DNA of 64,000 nucleotides from Candidatus Blautia faecigallinarum (GTDB taxonomy: Bacteria > Bacillota > Clostridia > Lachnospirales > Lachnospiraceae): assembly GCA_019116385.1 (NCBI GenBank), contig DXBU01000017.1, forward strand, positions 2,930 to 66,929, written 5' to 3'. Under the pieces are notes generated by a model. That model worked only from the letters and a program-made list of their open reading frames with translations. It was not told where the DNA came from and did no database searches. This document shows positions 9,490 to 19,934 of this stretch, piece by piece (position 1 is the stretch's first letter; each line of letters starts with the position of its first letter). The translations under genes were made by a program, and so were the position numbers.

Positions 9490-9531
9490 GGGAATGCGCC
9501 TCATTTTCTTTTTTGAGGCGCATTCCTTTTT
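9490..9531 (+). terminator. Intrinsic terminator
   Basis: ggaatgcgcctca/tgaggcgcattcc stem followed by a T tract. Confidence 0.85.
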
Positions 9532-9569
9532 TTACGAACATTTTACATAAGCAGGATTTTATATTTAAC
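9531..9569 (+). promoter_or_regulatory. Pho-box-like direct repeats upstream of pstS
   Basis: TTTAC at 9531 and 9542 (11-bp period) and TTTAAC at 9564 (22 bp further), upstream of a TATAAT -10. Matches PhoP/PhoB-type spacing. Confidence 0.55.
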
Positions 9570-9644
9570 TTTCCGTTTTTATAATGGCACTTGTAAATGA
9601 GACAGCAACAAAAAAGAAAATATAAAAGAGGAGAGAAAATCATC

Positions 9645-10559
9645 ATGAAGAAAAAAATTGTAAGTGTTTTAGCAGCAGCAGTTATCGGAACAACCGCATT
9701 TGCAAGCGTTGCAAGCGCAGCAAGCGGAGCGATCACCGTCGTATCCCGTGAGGATGGATCCGGAACACGTGGAGCATTCGTTGAGCTGTTCGGCGTTGAG
9801 GAAGAGGTTGACGGCGAGAAGGTTGACATGACAACCGTTGACGCAAGCGTAACCAACAGCACCTCCGTTATGCTCACCACAGTAGCAGGCGATGAGAACG
9901 CCATCGGATATGTTTCCTTAGGTTCTTTAAACGACACTGTTAAGGCGGTAAAGATCGACGGAGCAGAAGCTTCTGTAGAAAACGTTGCAAATGATACATA
10001 CAAAGTATCCCGTCCGTTCAATATCGTAACAGGCGCAGAAGTAAGCGAAGCAGCACAGGATTTCATCAACTACATCATGAGCGCAGAAGGACAGCAGATC
10101 GTAGAAGACAACGGATACATCAAAGAAGCTCCGGAAGCAGAGGCTTATGAAGCTGCAGGCGTTGAAGGAACAGTGGTAGTTGCAGGTTCCTCATCCGTAT
10201 CCCCTGTAATGGAGAAATTAAAAGAAGGTTATGAAGCACTCAACGAAGGCGTGACCATCGAAGTACAGACAAGCGATTCTACCACAGGCGTTAACTCTAC
10301 TGTAGAAGGCATCTGCGATATCGGTATGGCATCCCGTGAACTGAAACCGGAAGAGGAAGAGCAGGGCGTTACCGCACAGGTTATCGCAATGGACGGCATC
10401 GCAGTGATCGTGAACCCCACCAACGAGATCGAAGACCTTACCAGCGAACAGGTTAAGTCCATCTTCACAGGCGAGACCACAGAGTGGGAAGCAGTAGCAG
10501 AAGCAGCAGCTTCCGAAGACGCAGCAGCCGAGGAGACCACAGAAGAAGCGGCTGAATGA
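9645..10559 (+). CDS. pstS: Phosphate ABC transporter substrate-binding protein
   Basis: SREDGSGTRGAF and AGSSSV/SDSTTG motifs, two PBP lobes, first gene of the pst operon. Confidence 0.95.
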   Translation: MKKKIVSVLAAAVIGTTAFASVASAASGAITVVSREDGSGTRGAFVELFGVEEEVDGEKVDMTTVDASVTNSTSVMLTTVAGDENAIGYVSLGSLNDTVKAVKIDGAEASVENVANDTYKVSRPFNIVTGAEVSEAAQDFINYIMSAEGQQIVEDNGYIKEAPEAEAYEAAGVEGTVVVAGSSSVSPVMEKLKEGYEALNEGVTIEVQTSDSTTGVNSTVEGICDIGMASRELKPEEEEQGVTAQVIAMDGIAVIVNPTNEIEDLTSEQVKSIFTGETTEWEAVAEAAASEDAAAEETTEEAAE

Positions 10560-10746
10560 TCCGACAGAGGATAAAGATCCGGAAAATCCGGAGAAATAAA
10601 AACTGACAGAAAACAAAGACAAGAAATACCATGCAAGAGCGGCTGGGATGCGGCGCATCCGATAAGCCGCTCAACGCAGGTATACCGATAAAAGTGAAAC
10701 AGTAATAAAAGCAGAGAGATAGAGATAGGAAAGAGATAGGTGTGCT

Positions 10747-11604
10747 ATGAATCACATTAAAGAAAGAGGAATGAAGGTCATTTTCATGATCGCCGCATGC
10801 GTTTCCGTGCTGGCAGTATTCCTGATCTGTATATTTTTGTTTGCAAACGGGATCCCCGCGATCGGCAAGATCGGTCCTCTGGAATTCCTGTTTGGCACGG
10901 TATGGAGACCATCCAATGATATTTATGGGATCCTTCCGATGATCGTCGCAAGTATCTATGTAACCGGCGGAGCCATTGTAATTGGTGTTCCTGTAGCCAT
11001 TTTTACTTCGGTTTTCATGGCACGCTACTGTCCAAAGAAAATTTACAGACCCTTAAAATCCGGCGTTGAGCTGATGGCCGGCGTACCATCCATCGTATAC
11101 GGTTTCTTTGGACTGGTAGTGCTGGTGCCGTTTATCCGGCAGACCTTCGGCGGAACAGGGACCAGTATGCTGGCGGCATCTTTGATCCTGGGCATCATGA
11201 TCCTGCCCACGGTCATCGGCGTTACCGAATCCGCCATCAGAAGCGTACCGGAAAGCTATTATGAAGGCTCCCTGGCATTAGGAGCCACAAAAGAGAGAAG
11301 TATTTTCTGCGTGATCATCCCGGCGGCAAAATCCGGGATCCTTGCAGGCGTAGTCCTGGGGATCGGCCGTGCGATCGGAGAGACCATGGCAGTAGTAATG
11401 GTAGCTGGAAACCAGCCGAGAATGCCAAAGGGCATCCTGGACGGCCTGCGCACCATGACTGCAAATATCGTCACAGAGATGGGATATGCGACCGGACTTC
11501 ACAGAGAAGCGCTGATCGCAACGGGCGTCGTACTGTTCGTGTTTATCCTGATCATTAACCTGAGTCTTTCTTTATTGAACAGGAGGGCAGAAAATGCAGA
11601 TTGA
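10747..11604 (+). CDS. pstC: Phosphate ABC transporter permease
   Basis: ELMAGVPSIVYG and GRAIGETMAV; operon position. Confidence 0.95.
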   Translation: MNHIKERGMKVIFMIAACVSVLAVFLICIFLFANGIPAIGKIGPLEFLFGTVWRPSNDIYGILPMIVASIYVTGGAIVIGVPVAIFTSVFMARYCPKKIYRPLKSGVELMAGVPSIVYGFFGLVVLVPFIRQTFGGTGTSMLAASLILGIMILPTVIGVTESAIRSVPESYYEGSLALGATKERSIFCVIIPAAKSGILAGVVLGIGRAIGETMAVVMVAGNQPRMPKGILDGLRTMTANIVTEMGYATGLHREALIATGVVLFVFILIINLSLSLLNRRAENAD

Positions 11605-12502
11605 TACATCCGTAGTTATTGACAGTGCGCCAGCGGGAGAAAAAAGGAACGCAGTGCCTGTCTCCGAAAAAATGAAATCTTACGGCCGGCATCCCGGCTC
11701 CGGTGTCCTTGCGCTGCTCACAGGCATCGCCGCCGTTATCACCTTCGCGGTGCTGGCGTTTCTTGTAGGATATATCCTTGTGACCGGTATTCCGTATCTG
11801 AACTCGGATCTGTTCAGTTGGGAATACACTTCAGAGAACGTGTCGCTGGTACCGTCTCTGATCAACACCTTTATCATGACCATCGTGTCCCTGCTGATCG
11901 CCGCGCCGATCGGGATTTTTGCCGCGATCTATCTTGTAGAGTATTCCAAACAGGGAAGCCGTTTTGTAAAGCTGATCCGCATCACGGCGGAAACCCTTTC
12001 CGGTATTCCTTCCATCGTATACGGTCTGTTTGGTCTTCTGTTCTTTGTAACCGCTCTTCACTGGGGAATGTCCCTTCTGTCCGGCGCCTTTACCATGGTG
12101 ATCATGGTGCTGCCGCTGATCATGCGTACTTCCGAGGAGGCGCTGAAGGCGGTCCCGGATTCTTACCGTGAGGCAAGCTTCGGACTTGGGGCAGGCAAGC
12201 TGCGTACCATATTTACCATCGTGCTCCCGTCAGCGGTGCCGGGCGTCCTTGCAGGCGTGATCCTGGCTATCGGACGTGTGGTAGGCGAGACGGCGGCTCT
12301 TATGTACACTGCCGGTACGGTGGCTGCAGTTCCCGACAGCCTGATGGGTTCCGGACGTACGCTGGCCCTTCATATGTACGTGCTGTCCAGCGAAGGTCTG
12401 CATATGAACCAGGCATCTGCGACGGCTGTGGTGATCCTGGTCTTCGTTTTGATCATTAACGCATTGTCCAGTATGGTGGCAAAAAGAATTGCGAAAGGAT
12501 AA
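11594..12502 (+). CDS. pstA: Phosphate ABC transporter permease
   Basis: [12 protein letters not shown] and GRVVGETAA; operon position. Confidence 0.95.
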   Translation: MQIDTSVVIDSAPAGEKRNAVPVSEKMKSYGRHPGSGVLALLTGIAAVITFAVLAFLVGYILVTGIPYLNSDLFSWEYTSENVSLVPSLINTFIMTIVSLLIAAPIGIFAAIYLVEYSKQGSRFVKLIRITAETLSGIPSIVYGLFGLLFFVTALHWGMSLLSGAFTMVIMVLPLIMRTSEEALKAVPDSYREASFGLGAGKLRTIFTIVLPSAVPGVLAGVILAIGRVVGETAALMYTAGTVAAVPDSLMGSGRTLALHMYVLSSEGLHMNQASATAVVILVFVLIINALSSMVAKRIAKG

Positions 12503-12507
12503 GAAAA

Positions 12508-13266
12508 ATGAGCGAGACAACGAAAATTTCCGTGGAAAATATGGACCTGTATTATGGTACATTCCACGCGCTGAAGAATATAAATATGAACATCCCGGAG
12601 AAGCAGATCACGGCCTTTATCGGCCCCAGCGGCTGCGGGAAGTCTACCCTTTTAAAGTCATTAAACCGAATGAACGACCTGATCGAAAGCTGTGTGATCA
12701 CGGGAAAAGTATCCCTTGACGGGGAAGACATTTACGGAAACATGGATGTGAATATGCTCCGGAAGAGAGTGGGAATGGTTTTCCAGAAGCCGAATCCATT
12801 TCCTATGAGCATCTATGACAATATCGCTTACGGACCGAGGACACACGGTATCCGTTCTAAGGCAAAGCTGGACGAGATCGTTGAGAAGTCTTTAAGGGAC
12901 GCGGCGATCTGGGACGAAGTAAAAGACAGGCTGAAAAAGAGCGCCCTGGGCATGTCCGGCGGGCAGCAGCAGCGTCTTTGTATCGCAAGAGCCCTTGCGG
13001 TACAGCCGGAGGTGCTTCTGATGGATGAGCCTACGTCTGCTCTTGACCCCATTTCAACTTCCAAGATCGAGGAGCTGGCAATGGAGTTAAAGAAGGATTA
13101 TACGATCGTTATGGTAACCCATAATATGCAGCAGGCCACCCGTGTTTCTGACAAGACCGCTTTCTTTTTGCTGGGAGAAGTGATAGAATTTAATGATACC
13201 GATCAATTATTCTCCATGCCCAGTGACAAGCGCACAGAAGACTACATTACAGGGAGGTTTGGTTGA
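12508..13266 (+). CDS. pstB: Phosphate ABC transporter ATPase
   Basis: [32 protein letters not shown] and EDYITGRFG. Confidence 0.97.
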   Translation: MSETTKISVENMDLYYGTFHALKNINMNIPEKQITAFIGPSGCGKSTLLKSLNRMNDLIESCVITGKVSLDGEDIYGNMDVNMLRKRVGMVFQKPNPFPMSIYDNIAYGPRTHGIRSKAKLDEIVEKSLRDAAIWDEVKDRLKKSALGMSGGQQQRLCIARALAVQPEVLLMDEPTSALDPISTSKIEELAMELKKDYTIVMVTHNMQQATRVSDKTAFFLLGEVIEFNDTDQLFSMPSDKRTEDYITGRFG

Positions 13267-13267
13267 T

Positions 13268-13936
13268 ATGGCGACACGTTTCGAGAGACAGCTTGAAGAG
13301 CTTCATGTACAGATGATCACCATGGGAAGCCTCTGTGAAAAAGCGATCTCCGCTTCTTCCAGCGCCATCCAGGGAGAGGGCATTTCCTTTGCCAAAGAGG
13401 TTTTTGAGACAGACAGAGAGATCGACGAAAAGGAAAGAGAGATCGAGACCCTGTGTATGCGCCTCCTTCTCCACCAGCAGCCGGTCGCAGGAGACTTAAG
13501 AGAAATCTCGGCGGCTCTTAAGATGATTTCCGATATGGAAAGGATCGGAGACCAGGCGGCGGATATTGCAGACCTGTCCCAGTTTGTGGATGTAAAAATG
13601 GTAGACAGCTCTGTGGATATTACGGAAATGGCGGAAAATACCGTGAAAATGGTCACGGAAAGCGTGGATGCTTTTGTTAAGGCGGATCTGAATCTGTGCA
13701 GAAAGGTGATCAACGACGACGACCTGGTAGACCGTGCCTTTAATGAGATTAAAGACAGGCTGGCGGATCTTATCATTGACAAAAAGATCGATCCGAAAGC
13801 GGGCCTGGATCTTCTGATGACCGCAAAATACTTCGAGAGGATCGGAGATCATGCGGTAAATATCGCGGAGTGGGTGGAATATTCCATTACCGGAGAACAC
13901 AGAAATAATGAGCATCATGTGGGGATAGTTGAATAG
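13268..13936 (+). CDS. phoU: Phosphate signalling complex protein PhoU
   Basis: QPVAGDLR, DMERIGDQAADI and YFERIGDHAVNIAE. Start taken at ATG 13268, just after the pstB stop. Confidence 0.95.
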   Translation: MATRFERQLEELHVQMITMGSLCEKAISASSSAIQGEGISFAKEVFETDREIDEKEREIETLCMRLLLHQQPVAGDLREISAALKMISDMERIGDQAADIADLSQFVDVKMVDSSVDITEMAENTVKMVTESVDAFVKADLNLCRKVINDDDLVDRAFNEIKDRLADLIIDKKIDPKAGLDLLMTAKYFERIGDHAVNIAEWVEYSITGEHRNNEHHVGIVE

Positions 13937-13980
13937 GCGGGAAGATTACTTCAAATTATGTATTTGCGGAGGTTAAACCG

Positions 13981-15648
13981 TTGACAAAGAAGATTTTCAA
14001 GTCTATTATTTCAGTCTCAGTGATCGTATTTGCACTGGGACTGGCTTTCGTGATGGGGATCCTGTACCGGTATTTCGGGGACGAGATCAAGGAAGAGCTG
14101 AGGAAAGAAGCTTCCTACCTGGCGGTAGGAGTGGAGAAGAATGGGACAGAGTATCTGGAAAGTGTTACTTTTGACGATTCCCGTATCACCTATATCGCGG
14201 AGGACGGAACCGTACTGTATGACAGTGAAGCGAATTCCGATTCCATGGATAATCACGGACACAGGGAAGAAGTGGTGGAAGCGGCAAAACAGGGGAGTGG
14301 AGAGGCGTACCGGATATCTACCACCCTGTCGGAAAGGACGACCTACTATGCTCTTCGTCTGACAGACGGGACGATCCTGCGGGTATCGAGTACACAATAT
14401 TCTGTCACGGCGCTGATGTACCGGCTGCTCCGGCCGTTGATCCTGATCCTGCTCCTGATGTTTGCTTTGTCAGCATTCTTTGCGTCAAAGATCGCGAAAT
14501 GGATCGTAAAGCCGATGAACGAGCTGGATCTGGACCATCCGGAGGAAAATCAGGCCTACGAAGAGGTTGCGCCTCTTCTGAGCAAGATCCATAAACAGAA
14601 CCGTCAGATCAAGAACCAGATCGATACGGCCATGCAGCAGCAGGCGGAGTTTTCGATCATCACGGAAAATATGCAGGAAGGCCTCCTGGTGATCGATAAA
14701 TATACCATGATCCTGTCTGGGAATTCCAGCGTATGGAAGCTTTTCCAGACCAAGGAGAAGACCGGGGAAAGCGTATACTCTCTGGACAGAAGCGAAGAAT
14801 TCCGAAGAGTGGTCGAAAATGTACTGGAAGGAAGGCATGGGGAAACCGTTCTGAGATCCCCGGCCGGGCATGTACGTCTGATCGCCAACCCGGTGATCCA
14901 TGAGGAGGAGACGGTAGGCGCCGTTCTCCTGTTCGTAAACGTAACGGAGGAAATCGAGCGGGAAAGCCTGCGCCGGGAATTTTCCGCCAATGTATCCCAT
15001 GAGTTAAAAACGCCCCTTACTTCGATCTCCGGCTTTGCAGAGATCATCCAGGATGGTTTTGTAAAGCCGGAGGACATCAAGATGTTCGCGGGCAGGATCT
15101 ATAAAGAGGCACAGCGGCTGATCCAGCTTGTGCAGGATGTGATCAAGATCTCCCAGTTGGATGAAAAAGAGATCCCCTATGAATGGCAGAACGAGGATCT
15201 GTACTGCCTTGTGAAGGATGTGCTGGACCATCTGGCAGAAGTGGCGAAGAAGCAGGATGTACAGATGGACATTGAAGGGGACAGAACGATCCTGCGCACA
15301 GTCCGTCCGATCCTGGAGGAAGCCCTTTATAATCTGTGCGATAATGCGATCAAATATAATAAGCCCGGCGGAAACGTCAGGATCGTCCTTTCGGAGGATC
15401 CGTACGAGATAAGGATTGCTGTGAAGGATACGGGGATCGGGATCCCCCAGGAAGACCAGGGCAGAGTCTTTGAGCGGTTCTACAGAGTGGACAAGAGCCA
15501 TTCCAAGGAGATCGGCGGGACCGGGCTGGGGCTTTCCATTGTAAAACACGGCGTCACCTTCCTTGGGGGAAGCCTTGAGCTTGAAAGCGAGGAAGGAAAA
15601 GGAACAAAGATCACGATGGTGTTTCCCAAAGACACGAAAGAAAGCTGA
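13981..15648 (+). CDS. phoR: PhoR-like sensor histidine kinase
   Basis: TTG start, two TM segments, PAS-like region, FSANVSHELKTPLTSI H-box, and N/G1/F/G2 boxes. Confidence 0.85.
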   Translation: MTKKIFKSIISVSVIVFALGLAFVMGILYRYFGDEIKEELRKEASYLAVGVEKNGTEYLESVTFDDSRITYIAEDGTVLYDSEANSDSMDNHGHREEVVEAAKQGSGEAYRISTTLSERTTYYALRLTDGTILRVSSTQYSVTALMYRLLRPLILILLLMFALSAFFASKIAKWIVKPMNELDLDHPEENQAYEEVAPLLSKIHKQNRQIKNQIDTAMQQQAEFSIITENMQEGLLVIDKYTMILSGNSSVWKLFQTKEKTGESVYSLDRSEEFRRVVENVLEGRHGETVLRSPAGHVRLIANPVIHEEETVGAVLLFVNVTEEIERESLRREFSANVSHELKTPLTSISGFAEIIQDGFVKPEDIKMFAGRIYKEAQRLIQLVQDVIKISQLDEKEIPYEWQNEDLYCLVKDVLDHLAEVAKKQDVQMDIEGDRTILRTVRPILEEALYNLCDNAIKYNKPGGNVRIVLSEDPYEIRIAVKDTGIGIPQEDQGRVFERFYRVDKSHSKEIGGTGLGLSIVKHGVTFLGGSLELESEEGKGTKITMVFPKDTKES

Positions 15649-15816
15649 GTTATTTGAATAATAGTTTTGGAAAAGGATATCCACTGTCTTGAAAAAGGCG
15701 GCGGATATCTTTTTTTATACAGAAAGAAAAGATTTGTCTGACAGAACCGGGTTTTCCTTGCACATTTTTTGAATAACCTTTATACTGGAAAAAACGGGTA
15801 AAACAGGAGGTCGCTT

Positions 15817-17169
15817 ATGAAGATATTGTTGAAAAACGCCATGGTCATCACCATGAACGAAAAACGAGAGGTTTACCGGGAAGGGAACATTCTGATAGAA
15901 GACGATAAGATCAAGGAGATCGGCCATTTTAACGGGCCGGATGACTGTGACGAGGTTATGGACTGCAAGGGGAAAATGATCATGCCCAGCTTTGTGAACA
16001 CCCATACCCATACGTCCCAGCAGCTTGCCAGAGGGCTGGCGGACGACGTGGATCTTCTCACCTGGCTTCGGGAGCGCATCTGGCCCTATGAGAGCAATAT
16101 GACCGAGGAAGACTCCTATATTTCCACGCTCCTGTTCTGCGCGGAGCAGATCAAGGCCGGCTGTACCTCCATCGCGGAGCCGGGAGGACAGTTTGTGTCC
16201 GGCATGGCAAAGGCCATTACCGAAGCGGGTATCCGCGGAAAACTGGCCAATTCTGTCATGGACTGCGGAGAAGGGCTTCCCAGGGTGTGGCAGCGCAGCA
16301 CAGAGGAAGAGCTGGCCCGCCAGGAGGAGGATATCAAAAAATATCACAACACCGCCGATGGAAGGGTAAAAGTATGGTTCGGCATCCGCACGATCTTTAA
16401 CGCCACCGATGAACTGATCCTGCGGACCAAAGAGCTTGCGGATAAATACGGAGTAGGCGTGCATATGCACATCGCGGAGGCAAGATCCGAGGTAGAATAT
16501 GCCAAAGCCACCAGAGGCTGCACCACCGTTACCCACCTGAACAATTTAGGCTTCCTTGACAAAAATATCATGGCCGCCCATGCGGTGTGGCTGACAAACG
16601 AAGAAGTGGAAATGTTCCGGGATCACGGAGTGAAGGTTTCCCACAATCCGGCTTCCGCCATGCGTGTCCTTGGCTTTGCCAAGATCCCGCGGATGCTCCG
16701 GGAAGGGATCTGCGTGGCTCTGGGAACGGACGGAACGCCTACCAACAACCGTATGAACATGGTAGATGAAATGTGGGTAACTTCCCTGATCCATAAGGGC
16801 TGGAGACTGGAGCCGGATGTGGTGAAGGCGGAAGAAATCCTGATGATGGCCACCATCAACGGAGCAAAGGCTGTGGGGGACGAAGACCTCTATGGCAGCC
16901 TGGAACCCGGCAAGAAGGCGGATCTGATCATCATCGATCCGGACGCGAACCCGGACATGCTGCCGGTCCACGACCCCATCGCCAATCTGGTGACTTCCAT
17001 GCACAGTACAAACATTGAATGCACCATGTGCGACGGCAAATGGCTGATGAAGGACAGGGAGCTTCTGACCATCAATGAAAAAGAGATCATCCGCCTGGGC
17101 AAAGAACATGCGGCGGCGATCTGCAAACGGGGAAATATCCATCTGCCGGACAGATTTCCCATGCTGTAA
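15817..17169 (+). CDS. Amidohydrolase (MTA/SAH deaminase-like nucleoside or base deaminase)
   Basis: HTHT, HMHIAE, AHAVW, HNP and GTDG metal-binding motifs. Confidence 0.88.
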   Translation: MKILLKNAMVITMNEKREVYREGNILIEDDKIKEIGHFNGPDDCDEVMDCKGKMIMPSFVNTHTHTSQQLARGLADDVDLLTWLRERIWPYESNMTEEDSYISTLLFCAEQIKAGCTSIAEPGGQFVSGMAKAITEAGIRGKLANSVMDCGEGLPRVWQRSTEEELARQEEDIKKYHNTADGRVKVWFGIRTIFNATDELILRTKELADKYGVGVHMHIAEARSEVEYAKATRGCTTVTHLNNLGFLDKNIMAAHAVWLTNEEVEMFRDHGVKVSHNPASAMRVLGFAKIPRMLREGICVALGTDGTPTNNRMNMVDEMWVTSLIHKGWRLEPDVVKAEEILMMATINGAKAVGDEDLYGSLEPGKKADLIIIDPDANPDMLPVHDPIANLVTSMHSTNIECTMCDGKWLMKDRELLTINEKEIIRLGKEHAAAICKRGNIHLPDRFPML

Positions 17170-17232
17170 GAGGCAGTGCCCATAAGCATTCAGGATACAT
17201 AAAAAGGGAACAGACAAAAGGAGGTACCAGAC

Positions 17233-17835
17233 TTGGCAAAGAAATTACTTGTGATCGACTCCTGTGTGAGAAGAGAGGAATCCAGAACAAAACAGATGCT
17301 GGACGCGGCATTGGAGACATTCAAAGAACGTCATCCGGACTGGGAGACGGAGATCCTGAACCTGATGGAACTGGATCTGGATTACTGGCGGACAGATACC
17401 CTGAAGGCAAGAGACGCCCTTCTGGAAAAAAAGGATTATGACGACCCCATCTTCCGCTATGCGCACCAGTTCCATGACGCGGACGGGATCGTAGTGGCGG
17501 CTCCCTTCTGGGACTTGAGCATTCCGGCGGTCCTTAAGGTGTATGTGGAGAACATTTCTGTGGACGGGATCACCTTTGACTGCAATGCAGAGGGGATGTA
17601 CGGGCTGTGCCGGGGGAAATGGATGCTTTTCCTTACCACCAGAGGCGGGATCTGGGCCGGGAGCGATATGGAACAGGGCAGCACCTACATGGAGGCACTG
17701 TGCAGATTTTTCGGCGTCAAGGAATATCACTGCATTTACGCGGACGGCATAGACATCCAGGAGCTGGACGGAAAGGCGATCCTGGAAAAGGCGATCCGGG
17801 ATACCAGAAGCCTGTGCGAAAGTCTTACACTGTAA
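17233..17835 (+). CDS. FMN-dependent NAD(P)H oxidoreductase (AzoR/flavodoxin-2 family)
   Basis: TTG start with RBS ggagg. IDSCVRREESRT, AAPFWDLSIPAVLKVY and TTRGG. Confidence 0.82.
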   Translation: MAKKLLVIDSCVRREESRTKQMLDAALETFKERHPDWETEILNLMELDLDYWRTDTLKARDALLEKKDYDDPIFRYAHQFHDADGIVVAAPFWDLSIPAVLKVYVENISVDGITFDCNAEGMYGLCRGKWMLFLTTRGGIWAGSDMEQGSTYMEALCRFFGVKEYHCIYADGIDIQELDGKAILEKAIRDTRSLCESLTL

Positions 17836-17893
17836 TTGTGCATTGTGCATAAAAAAAGACGATAAAAACTATATAAAAGGTAAAAGATGACAA

Positions 17894-17915
17894 GAATCAG
17901 ACATGTGTCCGATTC
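17894..17915. promoter_or_regulatory. 22-bp palindrome, candidate Crp/Fnr-family operator
   Basis: GAATCAGACATGTGTCCGATTC is self-complementary apart from two mismatched pairs and lies upstream of TATACT (17933-17938). Confidence 0.55.
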
Positions 17916-17967
17916 ATTTCATAAAAAAGATACTATACTGAGTCTCACAGAATTAAGGAATACGGAA

Positions 17968-18624
17968 ATGAAAACAGCAGCAGAATATCTGAGATACTGG
18001 GGGCTGGAAAAGGCTTTTTCCGGCGTCTCTGAAAATGAACTTTCTCTGAAAGCTTATAAAGACGGTGAAAACCTGTTCTTAGCGGGACAGGATGTCCGGT
18101 ACGCCTATCTTCTGGTAGAGGGCCGGTGCAGGCTCTACGGACTTTCCAAAGAAGGAAAGGAAGTCCTGGTGAACTTTAAAGAGGCGCTGGGGATCTTTGG
18201 GGATATGGAAATCCTTTTGGGTATCGACTTCCAGTTGAGCATGGCTGCCTGGGGACGGGCTATGGTGCTCCGGATACCGAAGAGCCTGATGGAAAAGAAG
18301 CTGCTGTACCAGGTGGATTTCCTCCGTTTTCTTTCCAGGGAGCTGGCAGATAAGATGTGTATCGATTCCGCCCAGCAGATCCAGTCCATCTTAAAAGGGG
18401 GAAAGGCCAGGGCGGCCCACCGTCTCTGCCTTCAGGCACAGGCGGAGGGAAAAAACAGTTTTCTGTTTTCCTGCCGGGCTACGGCCAGGGATGCGGTGAT
18501 CTCGGAACGGCAGCTTTCCCGGGTCCTGGTGGAATGGGAAGAAGAAGGGATCATTAAAAGAGATGGGAGGCAGATCCGTATCACCGATATGGACAGATTA
18601 AAGAAGCTTTCCGGAGATATGTAG
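17968..18624 (+). CDS. Crp/Fnr family transcriptional regulator
   Basis: cNMP-binding-like domain (YLLVEG, FGDMEIL) and C-terminal HTH (ISERQLSRVLVEWEEEGII). Confidence 0.85.
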   Translation: MKTAAEYLRYWGLEKAFSGVSENELSLKAYKDGENLFLAGQDVRYAYLLVEGRCRLYGLSKEGKEVLVNFKEALGIFGDMEILLGIDFQLSMAAWGRAMVLRIPKSLMEKKLLYQVDFLRFLSRELADKMCIDSAQQIQSILKGGKARAAHRLCLQAQAEGKNSFLFSCRATARDAVISERQLSRVLVEWEEEGIIKRDGRQIRITDMDRLKKLSGDM

Positions 18625-18673
18625 TCCCGGCGGACGCACATGCTCCGGGGGAAAATGAAAGGAGAGAGCAGGA

Positions 18674-19450
18674 ATGGTTTATTCAGAAGACGGAAGAGCA
18701 TATCATATCAAGGTGGCGCCGGGAGAGGTGGGAAAATATGTGATCCTTCCCGGGGACCCGAAGAGATGCGCTTCCATAGCAAAGTATTTTGACGATCCGG
18801 TGCTGATCGCGGACAACAGAGAATACATCACCTATACCGGATATCTGGACGGAGAAAAGGTAAGCGTCACTTCCACAGGCATCGGCGGTCCCTCTGCTTC
18901 GATCGCCATGGAAGAACTGGTGCAGTGCGGCGCGGACACCTTCGTGCGGGTGGGAACCTGCGGAGGTATGGATCTGAAGGTAATAGGCGGCGATATCATC
19001 GTGGCAACAGGAGCTATCCGTATGGAAGGCACCAGCAAAGAATACGCGCCGATTGAGTTTCCGGCTGTGGCAAATCTGGATGTGATCAACGCGCTGGTGA
19101 CTTCTGCAAAGGATCTGGGCGTTACCTTCCACACCGGAGTGGTGGAGTGTAAGGATTCCTTCTACGGACAGCATTCCCCCCAGACAAAGCCGGTGAGCTA
19201 TGAACTTGAGAACAAATGGGAGGCCTGGATGAGACTGGGCTGCCTGGCTTCCGAGATGGAGTCGGCGGCGCTGTTTACCGTGGCAAGCTATCTTAAGGTG
19301 CGCTGCGGATCCGCATTTCTGGCTGTAGGCAACCAGGAACGGGCCAAGAGAGGGATGGACAATCCTCAGGCCCATGACACTGACATGGCCGTGCGCGTAG
19401 GCGTAGGAGCCCTGCGGCGGCTGATCGCGGAAGATAAGAAAAATAAATAA
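18674..19450 (+). CDS. udp: Uridine phosphorylase
   Basis: [38 protein letters not shown] and EMESAAL. Confidence 0.92.
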   Translation: MVYSEDGRAYHIKVAPGEVGKYVILPGDPKRCASIAKYFDDPVLIADNREYITYTGYLDGEKVSVTSTGIGGPSASIAMEELVQCGADTFVRVGTCGGMDLKVIGGDIIVATGAIRMEGTSKEYAPIEFPAVANLDVINALVTSAKDLGVTFHTGVVECKDSFYGQHSPQTKPVSYELENKWEAWMRLGCLASEMESAALFTVASYLKVRCGSAFLAVGNQERAKRGMDNPQAHDTDMAVRVGVGALRRLIAEDKKNK

Positions 19451-19464
19451 AGAAAAAGGAAGAG

Positions 19465-19920
19465 TCAGGCTTCCTGCCGCTCTTCCTTTGCAGAAGATGA
19501 AATTTTATTGTCCCAGATGATCCCGGCGGCTACCAGGACGATGCCGAAAAGCTTGCCGGCGCTGATATTCTGGAAGACGAAGGCGTCAAAGAGGATGCCG
19601 GCGGTAAGCTGCCCTACCAGGAGAAGGATGGTGGACTCCATCACCTTCAGGTGGGAGAGGGTGATCATGGAAATGATAAAGGCCACGATGCCGAAGGCTC
19701 CGCCCAGATACAGCCACCAGGGCGCCTGTTTAAAGGCGTACAGGTCCACGGAAAAGCGGGAGGAGACCAGAAGCAGGATCAGGGACAGCACGGATGCCAC
19801 CACATAATTTACCAGGGATCCGTTGTTGGTGCCAAGATGCTTGGTGCAGCGGTAATTGATCATTTTTGAAATAACGGTGGCACAGCCGTTTACAAAGGCC
19901 AGGGTCAGTACGAAAGCCAT
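19465..19920 (-). CDS. DMT family (YdcZ-like) small transporter subunit
   Basis: APWWLYLGGAFG and GQLTAGILFD; about 5 TM helices. Confidence 0.8.
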   Translation of the reverse strand: MAFVLTLAFVNGCATVISKMINYRCTKHLGTNNGSLVNYVVASVLSLILLLVSSRFSVDLYAFKQAPWWLYLGGAFGIVAFIISMITLSHLKVMESTILLLVGQLTAGILFDAFVFQNISAGKLFGIVLVAAGIIWDNKISSSAKEERQEA

Positions 19921-19934
19921 AAATACGCTCCTTT

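Noticed and set aside
10560-10745. Hairpin (gagcggct...agccgctc) and AGAGATAG micro-repeats between pstS and pstC
   Set aside because: Explained as an ordinary stabilising stem-loop after a binding-protein gene. No second copy was seen in the window.
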